A stretch of DNA of 64,000 bases. Source: Camelus dromedarius. Taxonomy: Eukaryota. The position numbers and the translations under genes are program-made. Of this stretch, positions 26,540 through 38,719 are shown in pieces. Within the stretch, counting starts at the first letter, position 1, and each line of letters starts with the position of its first letter. The stretch covers positions 46,874,001-46,938,000 of the forward strand of contig NC_087436.1 of the NCBI RefSeq assembly GCF_036321535.1, written 5' to 3'. The notes beneath the pieces are model-generated. The model was not told the DNA's origin and did no database searches. It saw nothing but the letters and a program-made list of their open reading frames with translations.

Positions 26540-27250
26540 AGAGTCAGTACAGATGATACTTAAATGCTCAGCTTTGAGCCTCAAAATGCCTGGTTTGAAT
26601 CCCAACTGCCTCTACCTAGTCGGTATGTGACACTGGGCTAGTTATTTAAACTCGCTGAATCTTATTTGCCTCAATAGTAAAATACGGTTGATAGCTGGTA
26701 GAGACTGCAAGCTGCCCCGAGACTTGATAAGTTTAGCTTAGTTCAGATTTCAAAGAAGCCTAAGCATCTATAAATATGATACCAGTGCCAGCGCTAACAT
26801 CTTCTCCCCCTTTCCCACAGAAGAGAAACGGCTGAATACATGACTGCTGAGCCAGACTGCATTTCCTTGTCTTTCTTGTAACCAGGTGTGGCCAGACTAA
26901 ATTATCTTCAATGGACTATGAATCAAAATTAAGTGTCACTTCTAGGTCAGGACATAGGGAGAGTGGGGGAGCACGCCTCGGGCTCTCCTCGTCCTCCCGC
27001 TAGAAGTGGGAACAGCTGCAGTGATCCTGAGGAACCACCCTACTCTCGTCCATCCCCGAGGACTCTTTGGAACAGAGGCATGTACTTGCTGGATGTATGA
27101 GATAAATCGATTTCTGTCCTGTTTGAGTCATTACATTTTGAGGTATCTATACAATAAAAGTATCTAAATCATAAAATAGTTACAAGCATTGAAGAAGATA
27201 ACGCAGGTGCCCTGAGCCTAGCACATAACATCACTAAGCATCACCCTTAA
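26540..27250 (+). mobile_element. MIR split by an MLT1J/I-like LTR (26696-27152)
   Basis: MIR 5' part 'cctggtttgaatcccaactgcctctacctag...gttatttaaactcgctgaatc' resumes after the LTR; LTR motifs 'tggtagagactgc', 'actgcatttcc...gtgtggccagact', 'gtgtcacttctaggtcagg'. Confidence 0.65.
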
Positions 27251-28589
27251 TGCGTATGGTTAAAAATGGGAGCTTAGCACCCAGAGTGTGTGTTCAAGAA
27301 CCTGTGAAAACTGAGAGATGTTTTGTAATAGGGAAAGAAAGAAATGAAGTCTCCTCGCTCTTCAGGATCGTCTGAGGACACCTGAGGGCGGAGCTGGGAA
27401 TTCTCAGTGTTAGCACCACGATGTTAGCTCCTTTCTGCAGGGAAAGCAAACTATTGCAGAGTTCTAAGTCCAGTGACTCAGAAGCCCTCATTTGACCCAG
27501 AAAACCTCCAGCCAGATTATAGAAGGCACAAGGTCAAATAGATAAGAATCTAAAAGCCAAACAGAAGTCTCTAATTAATGCCAACAATCTGCCCGTTACA
27601 GCTTCAGTTTGGTCACTAGTTGACAGTCAAATTAACTATAGTTCATTTCCTACTACAGTCTACTTACAATTAGGCATAATAATGAAGGGAAGTAATGGCA
27701 CTCATGACTTAACATAGTAAGTACTACAAAAAGAGCTTTATTTAGCTTTGGAATTGTGCGCACGTAGCATGTACACGTGCATTTACCATTCTGTCCTCTA
27801 CACAGGGACCTGCCCCCTCCCAAAAGAAGTGGGAACGATTGGTCCATCTCTCTTTTTTTGTTGCTAATCTTCTATTCCCATGATTAGCTTTACACAGAAC
27901 TAAATAAAATCATTTGCTTCCTTACCAGTGTAGTTATGTAAAATCATTTCTGGACTGTATTTTATTTCAAGAAGTTCAAGCAAGCATCTTTTCAACCTTA
28001 ACTTACCCACTGGGTTTCTGGGAAGTGTCAAAGGGATCCCCTACAGCACAGTCATAAGCCCTGCAGTGACTGTGGCTAAAAACCTGCCCCGGACCCTGTG
28101 TTGTGCACTCACCCCTCTCTACCCCATTCCCTTCTGTATGTGTGCCCTGCTGTGAAAGGAGCATCAGTCCCTAGACCTGAAGTTCTTTAACGGACCGTTT
28201 TCATTTGGTGATTTTATTTTCAGGAGATCCATTTTAGTGGGGTGCCTCAGGAAGAAGAGTGTTTAAGGACTACAGGAGACTATTTGTTTCCTAACCTTTT
28301 GACCCAAGTTGAGGGTCTGGTTTTCTCCAGTCACATTCTATTATCAACCATGGGCTGTACCAGGACCACAGTCCAAAGGGGTTAATTAACACAAAGAGGA
28401 AAAAAATAACCTGCCCTCCATAGCTACTGATAAGAAAGGAGCAGCATCATCTCCTAAATCAGTTCCTGGAAACTCAAAGGGAGTTGGGTGAGCAAACTTT
28501 ATTTAATATATTCCCTTCCATTTAAATGTCTCTCAAACCCTCATATTCTGCTGGTGTTAAAAAGCAATTTGACGGTATCTAATAAAGAT

Positions 28590-29430
28590 GAAGCTGTACA
28601 CCCCAAAGGACCTAGCATTCTCCGAGATACACACCCTAGACAAGCACTCACACATGAGAACACGCACAGAGGTACATCCACTGTGGAATTGCTTCAGAAG
28701 GGAAAACAGGAAATAGCCTAAATGTCTATCACTAAGAGTATGAATGGAAGTCTGTACCACAGTAAAAATCTATCCAGTTTGATTTATTAAAATATATAAG
28801 TATGAATAAATATAACATAATATCAAATGAAAAAAGTCAGTGGTAGACTTATGTGTTCAATAAACCGTTTATATAAAAACCAAAGGTATAAAACAAAATT
28901 AAATATTTCATGTGGATGTAGCTATTGCTGTAGCTATACAACATTTTAATACATATCTGGTAATAATTAAAGCTCGAATTCAGGACAGTGGTTATCTCAG
29001 AGCAGAGATGAGAAGGTAGAAGAAGAATGGATTCTGGGGAAGGAGGGCTAGATTAGGAGTTTGGGATTAGCAGATACACACTACTATATATAAAATAGAT
29101 AAACAAGTTTATACTGTACAGCACATGGAACTATATTCAATATCTTGTAGTAACTTATAATGGAAAATAATCTGAAAAGAATATATATATATATGTGTGT
29201 GTATAACTGAATCACTTTGCTGTACACCTGAAACTAACACAACCCCTTAAATCAACTATACATCAAAAAAAAAAAAATAGGGCTCAAGGAAGGTACCAAG
29301 TAACTCAACCAAATCTCTAATGATTTATATAAAAGAGTAAATATGGCAAAATTTTAAAGCTGTCAAACTCTGTGGTCCATCCATGAGTGTTCATTATATC
29401 ATCTTCTAGATTTACTTACGTCTGAAACAT
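28590..29430 (+). mobile_element. Ancient L1ME 3' region interrupted by a younger L1
   Basis: 'ggaaatagcctaaatgtctatcactaagagtatgaatgga...caggacagtggttatctc' continues after 29280 ('tatggcaaaattttaaagctgtcaaactct'). Confidence 0.6.
29035..29277 (+). mobile_element. Cetartiodactyl/camelid L1 3' end with poly(A)
   Basis: 'gattaggagtttgggattagcagatacacactactatatataaaatagataaacaag...aactgaatcactttgctgtacacctgaaactaacaca...aaatcaactatacatc(A)n'. Confidence 0.9.
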
Positions 29431-29609
29431 AGGACTTTCCCAAGTGGTCTCGATGGCTGAGTATCACTGCGTGTCATTGTGTCATTTATGTTTACAACAA
29501 GGAACATTGGTCATTGCTTTTCGGAACAGCAACAGCTAAGAATGAGGCAGCATGCGGTGGCAGTAAGGTCCTAAACCATCCTTAACTGCCATGGAACTGC
29601 AAGCACCAG

Positions 29610-29840
29610 CTAATAATATTGTATATCAGGCACTTATTATGGGCTAGACTGAGTGCTTAACATGCACGATCTCCTGTATTCCTTGCAACAATTCCAGAGA
29701 GAAGCAACTATCAGTATCCCCTTTTTATAGATAAGGAAACCGAGTTGTAGAGTGTAATCTGGTCAAGGTCCCATGGTGAGTGGGGAAGCCAAGAGTCAAA
29801 CCAGGCCCTCTTGGACTCTCTCCACCACTCTGTACTACCT
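29610..29840 (-). mobile_element. MIR SINE
   Basis: 'cctttttatagataaggaaaccgag...tggtcaaggtcccatgg...gccaagagtcaaacc'. Confidence 0.75.
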
Positions 29841-30149
29841 CCTCATTGACTGCTGTCCATTGTCTTTACAAATCGTTATTTTCTAGAATTTTCTGGTTCA
29901 AAAGTTCATTGAAGTTCCCAATATAGGAGACGCTGGAATCACTGTGTAGCAATCCTCTGCACTGGCCAAGGCTTCGCACAGAGCGGTCCCCTGCTACACA
30001 CCTGCCTAGCCCGGCTGCTGCTGCGTGCTCTGGACAACACCTCTGTGAACTTGAAAGCTGTCCTGTCAACAAGACCTTGAGTCAGGAGTCAGGTCAGCCA
30101 AGGCCTCTCCTCATGACAACTCTGGAGGCAGCAATGTTCATTCACAGTT

Positions 30150-32320
30150 TAGATCTATTCAGCATCAAGCCTGAAACAGAGACGTCGCAAATCCCATCAA
30201 AATCTCCTCCATTATGTGACACACTTTGTTAGAACAGAATAACGGGTTCGGCTCTGTTGGACCAAATCAAGTTAGCCTATGTGGAGTATCACATTTTAGA
30301 TTCAAATCCCTGTTAAACCCTTTGCTTAGGCTCGTGGTTAACATTATTTTTATATCTGTCTGCAGAGATGACAGGCAGCCCAGCTCTCTAGCGGGCCCAG
30401 CGGCCTCTGCGCGGCTGCTTTTAGAAGCAGGCTCCATAGATGAAAGGCAGAAATCCCACCACCCCAGTGTCTCCTGATTAGCCTGGAGAAAAGCTGAATG
30501 ACAAACATGTTTCCAATCTGCCTGGCCCACGCAGGGAAATGGGGCAATCTGGCCTGAAAAGGGGATTTAGACTTTTGTTGTGTGCGAGGGAGGGGGGGAG
30601 AGAGAAAAAAGCTGATTTAAATCCATCCACAATGCTTTCCCACTTGCTGATCTCGCAGATAAGAAGCAGGCTGGCTGTGGCGCAGACCCCACCACGCCCC
30701 TGCATCTTCCCTCTGCCCGCCTCGCAGCGAGGTAGCCTTGGACCCCTCAGACAGAGCCATGAACTGGGCAGATTACTGCAACCGGCTGTTCCGGAGCACT
30801 TGCTCTTTTGGCCAGAATCTTACGATGGGTTTGTTGATTAACAAAACTGGCCTACGGTAAAATTCTCTATAGGACTTCTAGATTAAACTAAGCATCAGTA
30901 ACAATGTATGCATTACCCAGTTATCTATTCACTCACATTAATCATATTAGTTGCAAAGCCGTACAGTATGGTCACAAGGCTCACATGGCAAATGCTAAGT
31001 GTTAAATATGTGATTTACTTATTGCAGACTCTGTATTAAGTCAGAATATTTTCCTTTCTCTTCTCCCAATACAGAGAAGGGCCCCATAGATACTGAAAGA
31101 TACACAGTCGATGCAGAGCTTCTTTCAACTATGTAAGTCAATCATCATTTCTCACTTTTTATTACATAATGTTTATTACATAATGTATGTTCAGGTGGGC
31201 AGGGTTTGGGTACTAAATATTTTTGAAAAATCCACAAGCCACATAGATGGAAATACGCAGTCTAAAATCATAAATTCTGGCTTCAGACACATCCTCCTTT
31301 TCATTTTTCAGTGCATACATTTGGGCCCTGTTAGTATTATGCTGATGGAATGAAGGGCAGAGTCCAGGGAACTTCATTGCCTCCAAGAGCCCCTTTGCTA
31401 GGTGCGGACAGGAGAAGGGTACCTAAACATGGCTACTGCTATAGATCGCGGCTGCCCGGCTCCATCCGGGGCGTCTTGCTCTGCTGGCATCAGTACAGTG
31501 CTTCTTCAAACACAATTATCCAGACAGTCTTCACTGACCTCTTATTGCCGCTGTACTTGGGAAACCGCATTCAGATGCAGATTGACCTAAATCCTATCAA
31601 CCCGTTCAACCATGTGTGTGAGGGTGCGAGTGTGCACGCGCACGTTCGTGAACAAACATCACACATATATTTGTACTTATATAAATTCTCTCTAGAGCAT
31701 TTAAGCCCCCACACCCCAAATTTCCAAATGAGGAGGAATGCTTATTTTCCCAGGCAACTTTGTCGATTGGTCTTGTGCTCTTCTTATAAATATTTCATAG
31801 CAAATATTTAACATGATTCTTTCCCCAGTCGGATCAGCTTTGAAATGCTCCTCAAAGTGAATTCTCCCCTAACAATAGCTTGATGCAAAAGCTTTTTTCC
31901 CTTCTCTTAAGCACAGGGTCTGCTGCCATAGCAGCACGAATAGTTCTTATTTAATGGAAGAGAAAAGATACTTTACATTAATTCAGAAGCCGGTGAAGGT
32001 GGGGGCGGCGGAAGGCGCAGCACATGCGTACCTTGCGCTTCCAATACGGAGGCCCAGCCTACCTTGACCTCCCCTCCCCCCAGCCCGCCTGTGATTATTA
32101 CCCAGCCTACATTAGAACCGTAATGGGAAGTGACAGCTTTATGTAAATGATCCACATACGGATTTTGCTCTTGTAAAACAGAGCAGTTACTTTGGGCTTT
32201 CTAATTATTTCATGCCTTGTGGTTCTCTGATGGGGCTGAGATGACTATACTTGAAAAGTACCCGGTGATTGACAGATTTCTGTCCCCCTGGAGCTCATTA
32301 GGGCTCCGGCTTTGGAAGAT
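30150..32320. promoter_or_regulatory. Candidate enhancer cluster (repeat-free, CpG-retaining blocks at ~30150-30850, ~31400-31660, ~31800-32320)
   Basis: About 2.2 kb with no recognisable TE; perfect PBX-MEIS decamer TGATTGACAG at 32266-32275; tandem ATTACATAAT; GC-box-like GGGGCGGCGG at ~32001; many TAAT/TGAT motifs. Confidence 0.55.
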
Positions 32321-33828
32321 GGGAAATAACCCTACCAGGCACCAAAAAAGAGAGAGAGAAAAAAAAAAAAAAGAATTCACCCAGCACCAGTGATTCCGTA
32401 GATTCATTTGTTCAGATTTATGTTTTTTTGGGGAAACAGTGTTATCAGGAAAGTGCACTATTGCCTCCCTGATCCAAACAGACTCTCTGCTTTGGTGCTT
32501 TTGATTTTTAAAACCAGCATTTAGAGTCACGCAGGCTGTATGATGTAGAACTTGAAGGGTATGAAATGCCAATAGGATTTTTCACAAGCAAGTGGGAAAG
32601 AGAGGCGAGGGGAACAATATGCTGTAAGGAGCAGCTACAGACTCCAACCAACTCTAACCAGGGCTCTCACTCTGCAGTCAGCATGATCTGTCCCTAAGTC
32701 AAGCTGGGAGAGCAATCAATGAAGGGGACAAATAACATGAAAAATTGATTTGCAAAGTCTGACTGTCCCCTCAGTTTACATACACCCTGGTGAGAAGGAA
32801 AAGAAAGTGCTGGGATGTGGATAAGGCTATGAAAAGAAAAAAGATTGTGAAAATTCACAAAGCTGGAAAAAACTTTAAAGTTCATTTATTTTAGTCTTCC
32901 CATTTTATGGATTAGAAAATTAAGAGGCAGAGCTGCCAGACAGCCAGCCAGCAGTACAGCAGAACTGGTTCACAGCCTTCTGTTCAATACCTATTTCTCT
33001 GGGGCAGAACCAGAAAAGGATATGATGAGGTGAGACTGGGTGATATCAAGTCTGTCAGTGGATGAAGTTCCAAGATACGGAAGTCAAGATCTGTTAGTCC
33101 AAATATAGTGGGGTCAGATTTTTACCCACTACACTTAGATGTGAAAAATTGGAGCATTCTTAATGTTTCTATAGCTGATCTTGCTTTCAAGCCACATATC
33201 ACTGGGTAGTAAGGAAAACAAATACATAAGCCTCCTAATTCAAGTAAATTCAGTGTCTCTCAGATTAAAAAATATTTCATTCAGCTTAGTTTCTTTTCTT
33301 TTGGATAAATATTCAGTAAAGTTCAATGTCCAAACTTCCTACCAGGGCGATTTGTCTTCTTTCAAAAGTTCCTCAATTCCCAAGCCTACTTCCCCAAGAA
33401 GGCATCTGGTGTGTCTCTCCAGGGACTAGAGGAACTGACTGGTGTGTCTGCTGTTCTCTGGTTCTTTGATGCCTCTTTAGCTATGTCCACTGTCAAGTAA
33501 ACACACATGCAGATAAGCCAGCTTCCCTCCCCCTCATCACCATGAATATAAGTAAGTTTCCCTTGACTCCAGGAAGTCATCTTGGAACCTAAGAGGGAAA
33601 GGGAGAATATTTCTTCAAAATGAGACTATACTAAACGATAAGATACTAACATACTTCTTTACATTTTGGAAATTTTAATACAACATGCCTTCATATCACC
33701 CTTCCTTACTTCTGTCATTGACAATGAAGGGTTCATGGGCAAGTCTGAGTCAGTTATGCAAAATAAAAGCAGTTACCATTAATTGTATATCTGAGCCAAA
33801 TAGTATAAATTTTGACCCCTGCTATATA

Positions 33829-34129
33829 CAAGCATACCTTGTTTTACTGCACTTCGCACATATTGCATTCCCTACAAATTGAAGTTTTGTGGCAATGCTG
33901 TGTTGTCAGATGATGGCCAGCAATATTAGCAATAAAGTATTTTTAATTAAGGTCTGTACGCTGTTTTTTGAGACATGATGCTATTGCACACTTAACAGAC
34001 TATAGTATAGTTTAAACATAACTTTTATAGGCACTGGGAAACTAAAAAATCCTTGTGACTCACTTTATTGCGATAGTTGCTTTATTGCGGTGGTCTGGAA
34101 CTGAAGCTGCAGTATCTGAGCCCTGCCTG
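33829..34129 (+). mobile_element. Tigger1-derived MITE (Tigger1a_Art-like), about 300 bp
   Basis: TA|CAAGCATACCTTGTTTTACTGCACTTCGC...TACAAATTGAAGTTTTGTGGCAA...GCTATTGCACACTTAACAGACTATAGTATAG...CTTTATTGCGGTGGTCTGGAACTGAA...TGCCTG: both Tigger1 ends with the interior deleted. Confidence 0.88.
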
Positions 34130-34299
34130 TGTAAGCAAAACTGAGCCAGGAAAGAAGGCACAAACCATGAACTGGAAGCAAGGCAGTAAGTCAGGGGTGG
34201 GAGGAGCAAGTAGAACAACTAAAGTAGAAAGCTGGGCAAATGGAAAGAAAAAGGCCAGCCTCCAACACAGGCAGGCTGCAAAACCTCCAAGCTGAAGAA

Positions 34300-35490
34300 T
34301 ACAGAAAAGGAGGAAATTGCCCAACTCATTTTAGGAGCTAATAAAACACTGATTCTCAGCACAGGCCTATTTGACCTATGATTACAAATGGGAAGAAGTA
34401 TATAAATTACTGTCTAAGTGAATTTCATAATGTATTAACAAACAAACCCAGTGAAGTTCATCCCAGGAATGCAATAATGGTTTAATATCAGAAAACCTAT
34501 CTTAAAAGAGAAAACAAACAAAAAAAGTTAAGAAAAGAAAACTTATGAAGGCAAAGGTACTTCATGAAATTTAACATTTAGCCATGATAAAATAATAATA
34601 GTCCCAGGAGTCAAGAATAGAAGGGAACTCCTTTAATCTGATAGACTTTATACCAAAAACCTAAGGTAAACATTACATTTGATGGAGAAACCTTAGAAAG
34701 TTTCAGTTCCTTTAAAGTCTGGATCCAAAGTTATCATGATCGTTGCCACTACTTAACCTGATGTTGGATGTCCTCACCAATAAAATTTTTTAAAAGGAAG
34801 ACAAGAAGAAAAAAAGACTCTAAGATGTGGTGGTTTAAATATGTCCACAAATTCTGACAGTATCTTCTAAAAGTGGAGCCTAATTTCTCTTCCCTTGAGC
34901 TTCAGCTGGACTTACTGAACAGCTTCTAACAAACAGAACAAGAAGAAGTAATGCTGTGTGATTTCTGAAACCAGGTCAGATTCCTGGATTACTGACCTCA
35001 GAGACTGTGTGACAATAAATGTCTCTTGTCTTTAACTGCTAAGCTTTGGGATAATTTGTTTGCAGCAATTGATAACTGACACACAAGCATTGGAATAAAA
35101 GATATTAAATCATCATTCATTGCTGACAACATGATTATCTATGTAGAAAATCCAACACCATCAACAAACTATTAAAATTAGTGAGAGTTCAGCAAATTTG
35201 CCTTAATGCAAGATCAGCTTCCACAAATTCATAATGTTCTTCTACCCCAGCAATAACCAACTAGAAAATAAAGTATCATTCACAATAGCAGCCCAACTGT
35301 AATGTATCTGGGGGTTGGGTCCACCTAACAATGAATGTACAAGACATTGTTATGGGAAAATATTAAAATTCTATTAAAAGATATAAGAAGACTGAATAAA
35401 TGGAAACAAAAACTACATGCATGGTTGCCAACTTAATATTAAAGATAGTTCATTTCTTCCTCAATTAATGTATAATTTCAGTGCAAAGAC
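34300..35490 (+). mobile_element. Ancient L1M ORF2 remnant split by an MLT1 LTR
   Basis: 'gaagttcatcccaggaatgcaataatggtttaatatcagaaaa', 'gctgacaacatgattatctatgtagaaaatcc' (ADDMI-YLENP-like RT segment), 'gaataaatggaaa'. Confidence 0.75.
34826..35083 (+). mobile_element. MLT1F/H-like LTR, internally deleted
   Basis: TGTGGTGGTTTAAATATGTCCACAAATTC... to ...GAGACTGTGTGACAATAAATGTCTCTTGTCTTTAACTGCTAAGCTTTGGGATAATTTGTTTGCAGCAATTGATAACTGACACA. Confidence 0.8.
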
Positions 35491-36329
35491 ACAAATTCCA
35501 GCCAGATTTCCCACCTGCCTGGATGGCTTACCATCACCTATCACTGTCCTCTAAACATCATACACCTTCAATACCATGCTTTGCCTTTTCACTGGAGTCC
35601 TCGGGTTGCCTTCTGCTGGGTCTGTATCAAGGCCAAGCTCACCACGGCGGCCATGTCTCTTTCCCATTCCCGCCCACCTCAGAGCCACGTGCTCTCACTC
35701 ACCTTGTTATTTACCTTCTGCTGGGCTATGAGAAGGCAGAAGAAGCAGCAAGAGGAGGAAGGAGGGCATGGCAAGAGTAACAACATTTGGTTCCCGTGCA
35801 GATAGACCCCCTTGAAGGCAGTTTCATTAAGAAACTTATGAAACTTTCATTATGAGACCATAAGACGGGAGCCTGTTTATTAGTTCATTTGAATAAGTTC
35901 ATGGGGCATATTTATTTGCATTAATGAAAACTACTAAAAGTGAGGACGTTTATGCAAAGTTTAGAAAGCACCGTAGAGGAAAAGACGCCAGAACCGTGTT
36001 GTAATTCTAGTTAGCAGACCAATGCAAACAACATTTTTTACTGTCTTTTTAAATGAAATAGTAGGTTAAAAATTATATACTCATTTAGATTTGGTGTGAA
36101 GGAAGGGAGAGATAAATATGAAATAGGGCTCTATCAAAAAAGAACATGTGATCACCACATCAGAAGCTCTTTTTATTCATTGGCCAAGAAAGGCTATAGT
36201 TGATGAGGAACGCAGTAGGAAAAAAAAAAAAAAAAAGGCATCCTGTAGCTATGTTCTAAGAATCACCTGATTGCACTGAGTAGTCAAGTGACTCAGCAGT
36301 GAAGGATCTGACTCAATGCAAAGGTAAAT

Positions 36330-36690
36330 ATTGGCCCCTTACCTAGAATCTGCACTCCCTCTAATGTATTCACACCCCACTTCTTCTGACTTATTCCTAT
36401 TCATGCTTCAAAACAACTCTGATGTCAACAGCTGTGGAATGCTTTCCTTTATACCTCCTCCTTTCACCTTAATTTCCACTAATTGCCCCTCTCAGTTCAC
36501 CCTGCATTGCCCTTTTCATAGACTTATCACCCAAATGGGATTAGTTTAGACATCTTTCCCCATGAGACTTTGAGCTCTCTAAGAACAGGAACTGTGTCTC
36601 TAATTTCTGTCTTCCAAAGACCCAACCTAGCACCTTAACGATAGCAGGTGCTCAAGAATATTCACTGAATGAATGAATAAGTGAATGAAT
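36330..36690 (+). mobile_element. L2 3' end
   Basis: 'agactttgagctctctaagaacaggaactgtgtctc...atagcaggtgctcaagaatattcactgaatgaatgaataagtgaatgaat'. Confidence 0.8.
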
Positions 36691-37204
36691 GCCACTGCTC
36701 ACTATAAAGAGAATGAGATGAAATCCCTGCAAAGATAGAGTATGTAGGCGTAAGAGACGAGCATCACTGAGCCAGATGTGAAGGACAAGGAAAAAGAAGG
36801 AAAGGAATAGCCAAAGTGCCAAAAGCATGGAAGGAGGTCATTGGAGAGTGAAAGAGAAGAAAGAGCTGGTGTGTAGCAATTTTAAAGTAAACAACAGAGA
36901 AAAATAACATAGATACAGTTCAGGCTGTGATAGGGGAAAGGCAAAGAAAAATACCCCCTAAACCTGAAGATGGACAGACAGGAGAATGTAGTGAAAAGAG
37001 AGGAGAAAGAAAGAAGCTGTTGAGAAGTGAAGACAGGGTGGGCAGGTTTCAGAAGATGTGACCTTCAGTGAGGTTCCTGCAGGGGAAGGTTAAGGAGGAA
37101 GAAATTAGGGAAACCAAGGAATAGAAAGGATAGAAGGAAACAAGATCCTGAATGCCCAAGAAGCTATATAAAGAGCAGACATGCCAAATGGAAGGGTGGA
37201 TTAA

Positions 37205-37405
37205 TAAGTTAACATTTGTTGAGTATTTCCTCAGGCCACTGTGCTAACTTATGTCTTATTTCATTTACTCTTCTTAACAGCAAGAGGTATTTTACAGATG
37301 AGGAAACAATGACCCAGAAGAAAGTTTCATATTTAAATTCACACAGTAAGACATGGAAATGGGCCATCAATCCGGATCTTTCAGCCTTGGAAGCTTAGAG
37401 CCTGA
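37205..37405 (-). mobile_element. MIR SINE
   Basis: 'aacatttgttgagtattt...tattttacagatgaggaaacaatgacccaga'. Confidence 0.75.
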
Positions 37406-38159
37406 GACAAAAAGCAGGGAGATAAATGTACCATGGGAGGAGGGGAGGAAGAAGAAACTTTCGGAGGAAAGCCAAGTGCAGCAACACATCATCAAATAGG
37501 TAATGCATAACTCGGAGCACACAATACAGAGAGAGAGAGAACGCTAGAATTCAGGCTTCTGTACTCTAAGGGAGTAACGTAAGGGGAAAAAAACTCAAGG
37601 AGTGTTTTTTTGTTTTGTTTTGTTTTTTAATGCATTAGAGTCTGAGAACTTCTCTGTAGGAAGCAACACAGACTTGTTGGGACTTAGAGAAGGCATTACA
37701 AGCTAAAAGCAAGCTCCTGTATCTCTACACGGGGCCCCAGTTTCATAAGAAAGTGGGTGGTTCTCTATATGATAAAGTGGGGGAGGAATTTAAGTTTTGG
37801 GGCTGAAAATGCATGAAGGAGGAAGGAGAAGGAAAGGATTTGACTCTATGAACAGAGGACTGACACAAAAACGGTCCCCCAGCCGAGAGAGCAGCCCAAG
37901 AGAGATGAAATGGAGAACTGAGACGTCTGCTTGGGATTTACCAAGTTTTGCTGTGGGGTTGAGTTAGAATTAACTCAATTAGTTCTAACCCCCTGCGAAG
38001 TCTTCAGCAAAGGCAATGAAAAATACTTTTTAACATTCTGAGTATGGTTGGCTTTCTTACATAAAACGCCTAAGGGTGCCAGGTCAGGATACGGTTTTAT
38101 GTGAAGTCAAGACAGCCTGTTAGACAAGAGGAGAGCTGCATCTGAATTGCATACATAAT

Positions 38160-38428
38160 AAGACTTTTAAAACAAATCCTTGAGGTATCACGTATCAGAA
38201 GCCTTGAAAACTATAAGTCATACCTATGTGCCAGCAAACTGTACTGCTTGGACCTCATTGTATGGAAAGAATAGATGATATACAGGAAGATTTTGCCTGC
38301 CATTATTTCATCAGAAAAAGAATGTGAGGAAAATGAACTGCCCAGCAACGAGTGACTGGTTAAATAAACGATGATGAATACTTAACAACTGAATACTACC
38401 CACCCACAAAAAATTACATTGTAGAGCC
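38160..38428 (+). mobile_element. L1ME fragment (continues at ~42880-43090)
   Basis: 'gcccagcaacgagtgactggttaaataaacgatgatgaata...gaatactacc'; resumes as 'gaaagatgttcaacata...aataaatggaaaaaa...cacgatccc'. Confidence 0.55.
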
Positions 38429-38429
38429 G

Positions 38430-38712
38430 TTCATTCATTTGGCAAATATTTCTTGAGTGCCTTCAATGTGGCCAGCGCTGTTCTAGGCACTGGTGACTCA
38501 GCTGAGAACAAGTAAAATGTCTCTGCTCTCCTGGAATTTACATTCTGGTGGAGGAGAAAGACAATATCCAAGTAAACAAATAAATAAGCAATAGAATTCA
38601 GATGGAGATAAGCACCAGGCAGAGTAAAGAAAGAAGGAAGTTAGAGATTGATTCAAGTGTACAAGTTACGGCTGTTTTTATAAGGATTCTAAGGGAAGTC
38701 TCACTGAGCGTG
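38430..38712 (-). mobile_element. L2a 3' end
   Basis: 'ttcattcatttggcaaatatttcttgagtgcc...gctgttctaggcactgg...ctctgctctcctggaatttacattctggtggaggag'. Confidence 0.85.
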
Positions 38713-38719
38713 GAATCGG

